Of a DNA stretch of 64,000 nucleotides, positions 58,583 through 64,000 are shown one piece after another; the stretch's first letter is position 1; every line of letters starts with the position of its first letter. Location: the NCBI GenBank assembly GCA_038232455.1, contig JBBSHU010000003.1, forward strand, positions 2,912-66,911. Reading direction: 5' to 3'. Source of the stretch: Acidimicrobiales bacterium (lineage in GTDB: Bacteria > Actinomycetota > Acidimicrobiia > Acidimicrobiales > AC-14). A program made the position numbers and the translations under genes. The notes beneath the pieces were generated by a model. It had not been told where the DNA came from. It saw nothing but the letters and a program-made list of their open reading frames with translations, and did not search any database.

Positions 58583-60664
58583 ATGGATGACGGACCGATC
58601 GTCATCAGTTCGGGGACGCTGTACACCCCCGAGTCGGTGGCCATCAAGAACTTTGCCACCAGCTTCCGGGGATACGACCAGAGCGAGGTTCGGGCCTACC
58701 TGAAGAGGGTGGCCGACGAGCTCTCGGCCGCCGCCGCCCGGGAGATCGAGTTGCGGGAAGCCCTGCTCGACGCCCACAAGCGGGCCGCCAATCCTGTGCT
58801 CGACGAGGAGACGCTCACCGCCGCCCTGGGTGAGCACGCCGCCCACTTGCTCAGCCAGGCCCGGGAGGCGGCGGCGAACATCGTGGCCGAGGCCGAGAAG
58901 CGCACCGCCCGAATCATCGGTGAGGCCGAGGTCAGAATCGCCCGGGTCCGCTCCGAGGCCGATGGCCTGCTGGCTCGCCGCTCCGAGGAGGCCGACCGGA
59001 TGACCTCGGGCGTGCGCCAGGCGGCCGAGGCATCGGCGCGCACTCTTCGCGACCGGGCCAGGGCCGAGGCCGAGGCCGAGGTCGAGTCGGCACGGAAACA
59101 GGGCCGGGAGATGGTGGGTGAGGCCCGGGCCGTGCGGGAACGGATGCTCGCCGACCTCACCCGCCGGCGGCGCACGGCCGAGGTCCAAATCGACCACCTG
59201 CGCCTGGCCAGGCAGCGCCTGCTGGAGGCGTACGCCGTGGTGCGCCGCACCCTCGACGAGGCAACCCATGAGGTGGGTGCGGCTGAGGCCGCGGCCGGAC
59301 CAGTGCTCGACGCCGCGGCCGGCCGCCCCCCTCGCGACATCGACGGCGATCGCGGTGGCGCCGGTGCCCGCGGGACCGACGACGCCGGCCGGTCGCCATC
59401 CGATCGTCACGCCGGTCAGCGACGACCGGCCGTTGCCGCTCCGTCGGCCCAGGAGCTGGCCGGCCCCCCAGGGCGGGCGCACGGTTCCCCCCGTGACATC
59501 GTTGCCCGGGAGAAGCGGTCATCGGCCGGCCGGCCGGGACCCGACCTCGAGGTTCCCATGGCGGACACACCCAAAGCGGAGCCCAAGGTCGACGCCCCCA
59601 AGGTCGACGCCCCCAAGGTCGACGCCCCCAAGGTCGACGCCCCCAAGGTCGACGCCCCCAAGGTCGACGCCCCCAAGGTCGACGCCCCCAAGGCGGCCGC
59701 GTTACGGGCCGCAACCACCAACCCCGACGACCTGTTCGCCCGGCTTCGCGCTGCCCAGGCTTCGGCGCCGACCACCGACACCGAACCGCCCGTCGCGACC
59801 GAGCCGAAGTCCGCTCCCGGCGTCTCGGGTGATCCCGGCGCGTCATCGTCTCCGCACCCCGGCAACGGTGTCGCCACCACGCCCCCGTCGGAGCCTGCCA
59901 ACCCCGCCGAGGGCGCCCCCGTCTCCGGGAGAGAGGAGTCCGCCCTGGCGTGGCGCGACCGACTTCTCGAGCCGATCGAGGCCGACCTCGTCCGCCGGCT
60001 CAAGCGGGTCCTCCAGGACGAGCAGAACGAGGTGCTCGACCGGCTGCGGCAGGAGCGACGCCCCACTGCCGCTTCGGTCCTTCCCTCGCTCGACGATCAG
60101 GTCGAGCGGTACAAGACGGCGGCCCTACCTCTCCTGTCCCAGGCGGCTGACCGGGGATCCGAGTTCGTGGTGTCCCCTTATGACCGGACCGACGGTGACC
60201 CCGACAAGGCGAATGGGTCGCCCAGCAGGGGTTGGGACGTCGAGCAGTGGGCGGCCGACCTCGCCATCGACTTGGTCGTGCCCCTACGCGATCGCCTCGA
60301 AGGGGCGATCTCCGACGCCGTGGCCGATCCCGTCGCCTCGGCCACCGCCACCTCCGACACCATGGCCTACGACGTCAGCGGGGTGAGCGAGAGAGTGGGG
60401 GCCAGCTACCGCCAGTGGAAGGCCACCCAGATCGAGCAGGCCGCTCGCCACCACGCCAACGTGGCATTCGGTGAGGGGGCCTTCTCGGCCACACCGCCGG
60501 GCGCCCAGCGGTGTTGGGTCGTCGACGACGATGGTCCCTGTCCGGACTGCGACGACAACACTCTGGCCGGGACGGTGACCAAGGGTCACCCCTTCCCGAC
60601 GGGCCAGACGCACCCGCCGGCCCACGGCGGATGCCGCTGCATCCTGGTGGCGCCACCGTCCTGA
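58583..60664 (+). CDS. DivIVA-domain protein fused to a C-terminal phage Mu-F/SPP1 gp7-like domain
   Basis: N-terminus FATSFRGYDQSEVRAYLKRVADEL (DivIVA), a long coiled coil, (PKVDA)x7, and the C-terminus WVVDDDGPCPDCDDN...HPPAHGGCRC, matching the CxxC...PPxHxxCRC end of the Phage_Mu_F family. Confidence 0.8.
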   Translation: MDDGPIVISSGTLYTPESVAIKNFATSFRGYDQSEVRAYLKRVADELSAAAAREIELREALLDAHKRAANPVLDEETLTAALGEHAAHLLSQAREAAANIVAEAEKRTARIIGEAEVRIARVRSEADGLLARRSEEADRMTSGVRQAAEASARTLRDRARAEAEAEVESARKQGREMVGEARAVRERMLADLTRRRRTAEVQIDHLRLARQRLLEAYAVVRRTLDEATHEVGAAEAAAGPVLDAAAGRPPRDIDGDRGGAGARGTDDAGRSPSDRHAGQRRPAVAAPSAQELAGPPGRAHGSPRDIVAREKRSSAGRPGPDLEVPMADTPKAEPKVDAPKVDAPKVDAPKVDAPKVDAPKVDAPKVDAPKAAALRAATTNPDDLFARLRAAQASAPTTDTEPPVATEPKSAPGVSGDPGASSSPHPGNGVATTPPSEPANPAEGAPVSGREESALAWRDRLLEPIEADLVRRLKRVLQDEQNEVLDRLRQERRPTAASVLPSLDDQVERYKTAALPLLSQAADRGSEFVVSPYDRTDGDPDKANGSPSRGWDVEQWAADLAIDLVVPLRDRLEGAISDAVADPVASATATSDTMAYDVSGVSERVGASYRQWKATQIEQAARHHANVAFGEGAFSATPPGAQRCWVVDDDGPCPDCDDNTLAGTVTKGHPFPTGQTHPPAHGGCRCILVAPPS
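59582..59686 (+). repeat. seven perfect tandem copies of a 15-nt unit
   Basis: cccaaggtcgacgcc x7 with no mismatch, plus a partial eighth (cccaagg). In frame, it encodes PKVDA repeats. Confidence 0.97.
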
Positions 60665-60732
60665 GGTCGTCGTACCTCGGTGCCCGCTCGGGTGAAGAGG
60701 GTATGGCCGCAATCTCTCATAGTCTCTAGCCC

Positions 60733-63678
60733 GTGCGTCCCCCCACTGATCTGCCTCGGCGGCCAACCCAGCGCCACCGACTCGGCCTTGTGCTCGTTGC
60801 CGTGGTGGTCTTCGTGCTCTTGTTGCTGGCGGTCTCGTTGCGGGGCATCGCCGGCTTTTACACCGACTATCTGTGGTTCGGCGAGCTCAGGCTGACGAGC
60901 GTCTGGAAGGGCGTACTCGGGGCCAAAGCGGCCATGGCCTTGGTGTTCACCGCGTTGTTCTTCGTGCTCATGTGGGTGAATCTGGCCGTCGCCGACCGCA
61001 TCGCTCCCAAGTTCCGTCCTACCGGCCCCGAGGAGCAGATCGTCGAGCGATATCACGCACTGGTCGGTCCTCGGGCCGGGCTTGTCCGTATCGGCGTGTC
61101 CCTGCTCTTTGCCCTCATCGCCGGGCCGGGGACGGCGGGACAGTGGAACTCGTGGATCCTGTTTCGCAACCGAGTGGACTTCGGTACCAAGGACCCTCTG
61201 TTTCACAAGGACATCGGGTTCTTCGTCTTCCAGCTGCCGTTCATCAAGTTCGTGGTCGACTGGCTCTTCGCTGCGGTGGTGATCGTGGTCATCGTCACGG
61301 CCGTGGCCCACTACCTCAACGGTGGCATCCGGTTCCAGACGCCCATGCAGAAGGTGACCCCGCAGGTGAAGGTCCACCTGTCGGTCCTGTTGGCTGCCCT
61401 CGCCCTTCTCAAGGCGGTCGGCTACGTCCTGCAGCGCTACGAGCTGGTCTACTCCACCCGGGGGGTGGTCAGCGGGGCGAGCTATACCGACGTCAAGGCA
61501 CAACTCCCAGCGCTGAACCTGCTGATCGGGATCTCGGTCATCGCCGGACTGCTGTTCCTGGTGAACATCTTCTGGCGGGGATGGGTGCTGCCCGTCGCTG
61601 CTGTCGGTCTGTGGGCGCTGGTGTCGGTGGCTGCGGGCACGGCCTACCCGGCCCTGGTCCAGAAGTTCAAGGTCCAGCCGAACGAGTCGACCAAAGAGCA
61701 GCCCTACATCGCTCGCAACATCAACGCCACCAGGGCGGCTTTCAACATCAAGGACACGGCGGTCACCGACTTCGCCTATCGCGACGACCTCAACGCGACC
61801 GACCTGGCCAAGAACCAGGAGACCATTCGCAACGTCCGCCTCTGGGACCCCGCCATCCTCACCGAGGACTACAAGCGCCTCCAGGAGATCCGGAACTTCT
61901 ACCAGTTCAACGATGTCGACGTCGACCGCTATGGCCTCACCGCGTCGGAGCGGGTGACCCAGGTGCTCGTCGCCGCCCGGGAGCTCAACATCGAGGGCAT
62001 CCCGTCGCCTTCATGGGTGAACCAGCACCTGGTGTACACGCACGGCTACGGGGTGGTGGGCTCCCCGGCCAACGCTGTAGCCCCCGACGGCAACCCCAAT
62101 CTGTTGGTCAAGGACCTGCCCCCCACGCCTGAGAACGGTCCTCTCACCGTGACCAACAACGCCATCTACTTCGGCGAGAGGCTTCCCGGCTACGCCATCG
62201 TGAAGACCAAGCAGCAGGAGATCGACTTCACCGAGGCCAACGGCACCAACCACACCAGCACCTATCACGGCACCGGCGGTGTGACCATGAGCTCGTGGGT
62301 GCGCCGAGCGGCCCTGGCCCTGCGTTTCGGCGACCCCAACCCGCTCATCTCCGGGTTCGTCACCCCCGAGTCCAAGGCCATCTACATCCGCGACATCGAC
62401 GAGCGGGTCCGCAAGGCCGCGCCGTTCCTGAAGTACGACAGCGACCCGTACCCGGTGCTGTTCAACGACCGGATCGAGTGGATCTACGACGCCTACACCA
62501 CGACCAGCCAGTACCCGTACTCGCAGCCGGCCGACACCTCGCGAGTTCCGCCCGGTAGCGGTCTGCAGAGTGGTTTCAACTACGCACGCAACTCGGTGAA
62601 GGTGGTCATCGACGCCTACGACGGTTCCATGAAGTTCTTCGTCATGGACAAGTCCGACCCGCTCGTACGGGCCTACAGCAAGGCCTTTCCGAAGCTGTTC
62701 ACCGACGGCGTCACCATGGACCCGGGTCTTCGGGAGCACCTCCGCTACCCCGAGGACCTGTTCCGGGTCCAGACCAACATGTACGGGCTGTACCACATGA
62801 CCAACGCCGGGGCCTTCTACAACAAGACCGACGGCTGGGACATCGCCCAGTCGCCCGGAGCCGTCGGCGGGGCCGTCACCCTCGCGCCCGGGGGCCAGGT
62901 CGTGCAGTCCCGCGCCCCGCGGATGCAGCCGTACTACCTGCAGACGCGCCTCCCCGGCGAGACCGGCGAGGGCTTCTTGATCCTCGAGCCGTTCGTCCCG
63001 TTGTCCAAGGACGACAGCCGTAAGGATCTCACCGCGTTCATGGTGGCCAAGAGCGATCCGGCCGACTACGGGAAGTTACAGGTCTACGTGATGCCCCGAC
63101 AGAAACAGATCGACGGGCCGGCCCTGGTAAACGCGCGCATCAACCAGCAACCGGAGATCTCCAAGGAGATCACCCTGCTCGGATCACCGGGCCAGGGGTC
63201 GAAAGTGACGCTCGGAAACATGCTGTTGGTACCGATCGAGGAATCACTGCTCTACATCCAACCGCTCTACGTGTCGTCGGAGAACACGCCGCTGCCCCAG
63301 CTCAAACGGGTGATCGTGGTGTACGCCGACAAGGTGGTGATGCGGGAATCGCTCGAGCTTGCCCTAACCGACATCTTCGGCGGCGCCCCACCCACACTCG
63401 AGCAGACGCCGACGGCTGGTCAACCGCCGCCATCGGGTACGCCACCCCCGGCTGCCAGCCCCTCGCCCCCCACGGGGGCGGCGGGCACAGCCCAGAGCCT
63501 CCTGACCCAGGCCTCCGACCACTACAAGACCGCCGATATCGCCCTGAGGAACGGCGACCTGGCGACCTACCAGAAGGAGAGCAACGCGGCGCGTGACCTG
63601 GTCGCCCAGGCCGCCACGGCCCTGGGCACCGGTCCGCCTCCCACGACCGCCGCTCCCCCCACCCTGGCTCCGTCGTAA
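60733..63678 (+). CDS. UPF0182-family large membrane protein
   Basis: 981-aa ORF. N-terminal multi-TM region with FYTDYLWFGEL, then YVLQRYELVYS..., LPGYAIVK..., and a Pro-rich tail; these are hallmarks of COG1615/UPF0182. Confidence 0.88.
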   Translation: MRPPTDLPRRPTQRHRLGLVLVAVVVFVLLLLAVSLRGIAGFYTDYLWFGELRLTSVWKGVLGAKAAMALVFTALFFVLMWVNLAVADRIAPKFRPTGPEEQIVERYHALVGPRAGLVRIGVSLLFALIAGPGTAGQWNSWILFRNRVDFGTKDPLFHKDIGFFVFQLPFIKFVVDWLFAAVVIVVIVTAVAHYLNGGIRFQTPMQKVTPQVKVHLSVLLAALALLKAVGYVLQRYELVYSTRGVVSGASYTDVKAQLPALNLLIGISVIAGLLFLVNIFWRGWVLPVAAVGLWALVSVAAGTAYPALVQKFKVQPNESTKEQPYIARNINATRAAFNIKDTAVTDFAYRDDLNATDLAKNQETIRNVRLWDPAILTEDYKRLQEIRNFYQFNDVDVDRYGLTASERVTQVLVAARELNIEGIPSPSWVNQHLVYTHGYGVVGSPANAVAPDGNPNLLVKDLPPTPENGPLTVTNNAIYFGERLPGYAIVKTKQQEIDFTEANGTNHTSTYHGTGGVTMSSWVRRAALALRFGDPNPLISGFVTPESKAIYIRDIDERVRKAAPFLKYDSDPYPVLFNDRIEWIYDAYTTTSQYPYSQPADTSRVPPGSGLQSGFNYARNSVKVVIDAYDGSMKFFVMDKSDPLVRAYSKAFPKLFTDGVTMDPGLREHLRYPEDLFRVQTNMYGLYHMTNAGAFYNKTDGWDIAQSPGAVGGAVTLAPGGQVVQSRAPRMQPYYLQTRLPGETGEGFLILEPFVPLSKDDSRKDLTAFMVAKSDPADYGKLQVYVMPRQKQIDGPALVNARINQQPEISKEITLLGSPGQGSKVTLGNMLLVPIEESLLYIQPLYVSSENTPLPQLKRVIVVYADKVVMRESLELALTDIFGGAPPTLEQTPTAGQPPPSGTPPPAASPSPPTGAAGTAQSLLTQASDHYKTADIALRNGDLATYQKESNAARDLVAQAATALGTGPPPTTAAPPTLAPS

Positions 63679-63705
63679 CGGGTCGGTGCTAAAGTAAGGC
63701 TACGC

Positions 63706-63782
<77 letters not shown>

Positions 63783-63800
63783 ACGAACGACAGTTCAACG

Positions 63801-63827
63801 GAGCCCGCCGAGACGATCGGCGGGCTC
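63801..63827 (+). terminator. hairpin after the tRNA gene
   Basis: gagcccgccg (63801-63810) pairs perfectly with cggcgggctc (63818-63827), with a 7-nt loop, followed by ttcctgtcc (weak U-tract). Confidence 0.5.
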
Positions 63828-64000
63828 TTCCTGTCCCTGGCACCCGGCTTCGTGGCAACCCGCCCCCTGAAAGGGGTGCCTACCCCCTGGCCGCGGTGTG
63901 CGGTCAATGCCACACTTGGTCGGTGCGACCAGGGTTTCGGCTCAACGAGACCACCAGCACGAGACACGCCGGTCCTCATGCGCGAGCGGACCTCGACAGC

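Noticed and set aside
57212-59482. 756-aa minus-strand ORF
   Set aside because: It is antisense to the lipoprotein and DivIVA-MuF genes, and its composition is Gly/Arg/Pro-rich. The plus-strand genes have signal-peptide, DivIVA and MuF motifs.
59582-59686. Regular short repeats considered as a CRISPR array
   Set aside because: The units are 15 nt, directly abutting with no spacers, and in frame inside a protein-coding gene. No cas genes are present. This is a coding tandem repeat.
63828-64000. Integrated element downstream of the tRNA
   Set aside because: No integrase, no repeat of the tRNA 3' end and no clear ORF within the remaining 170 nt. This cannot be judged from this window.

Overview
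High-GC (roughly 68-70 % by eye, not computed) actinobacterial-type chromosomal segment, densely coding on both strands (about 70 genes). Most long antisense ORFs in the track are GC-rich shadow frames. Contents: (i) a two-component pair, ppc, two WhiB genes, and a SigE/anti-sigma/TatA envelope-stress block. (ii) A complete phosphate-starvation block, pstSCAB-phoU plus a SenX3/RegX3-like pair, with a four-unit 11-nt-phased Pho-box array in front of pstS. (iii) A polyphosphate block: ppk1, two CYTH/CHAD proteins, Nudix plus SixA-type phosphatase, Ppx/GppA, and an orphan ParA-type ATPase translationally coupled to one CHAD protein. (iv) A form-I aerobic CO-dehydrogenase cluster (coxD-coxE-coxMSL-xdhC(YHS)-xdhC-coxG-mocA-moaA). 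Together with an esterase gene it sits between sixA and ppx and is bracketed by copies of the sixA 3' end. (v) Envelope and cell-shape genes (uppP, BlaI/BlaR1, HtrA, MreB, sortase, PDZ-Lon, a large orphan histidine kinase, a DivIVA-MuF fusion, UPF0182) and an initiator tRNA-Met. Three genes are broken (VOC, CapA-like, Ddn-like). No CRISPR, rRNA, transposase or integrase was seen. Most interesting, in order: the ParA-CHAD module as a candidate polyphosphate-granule positioning system; the sixA-3'-end direct repeats around the CODH island; the palindromic ~160-nt ppk1/CHAD spacer; and the DivIVA-MuF protein with seven perfect 15-nt repeats. All family calls come from motif recognition by eye; no database search was run.
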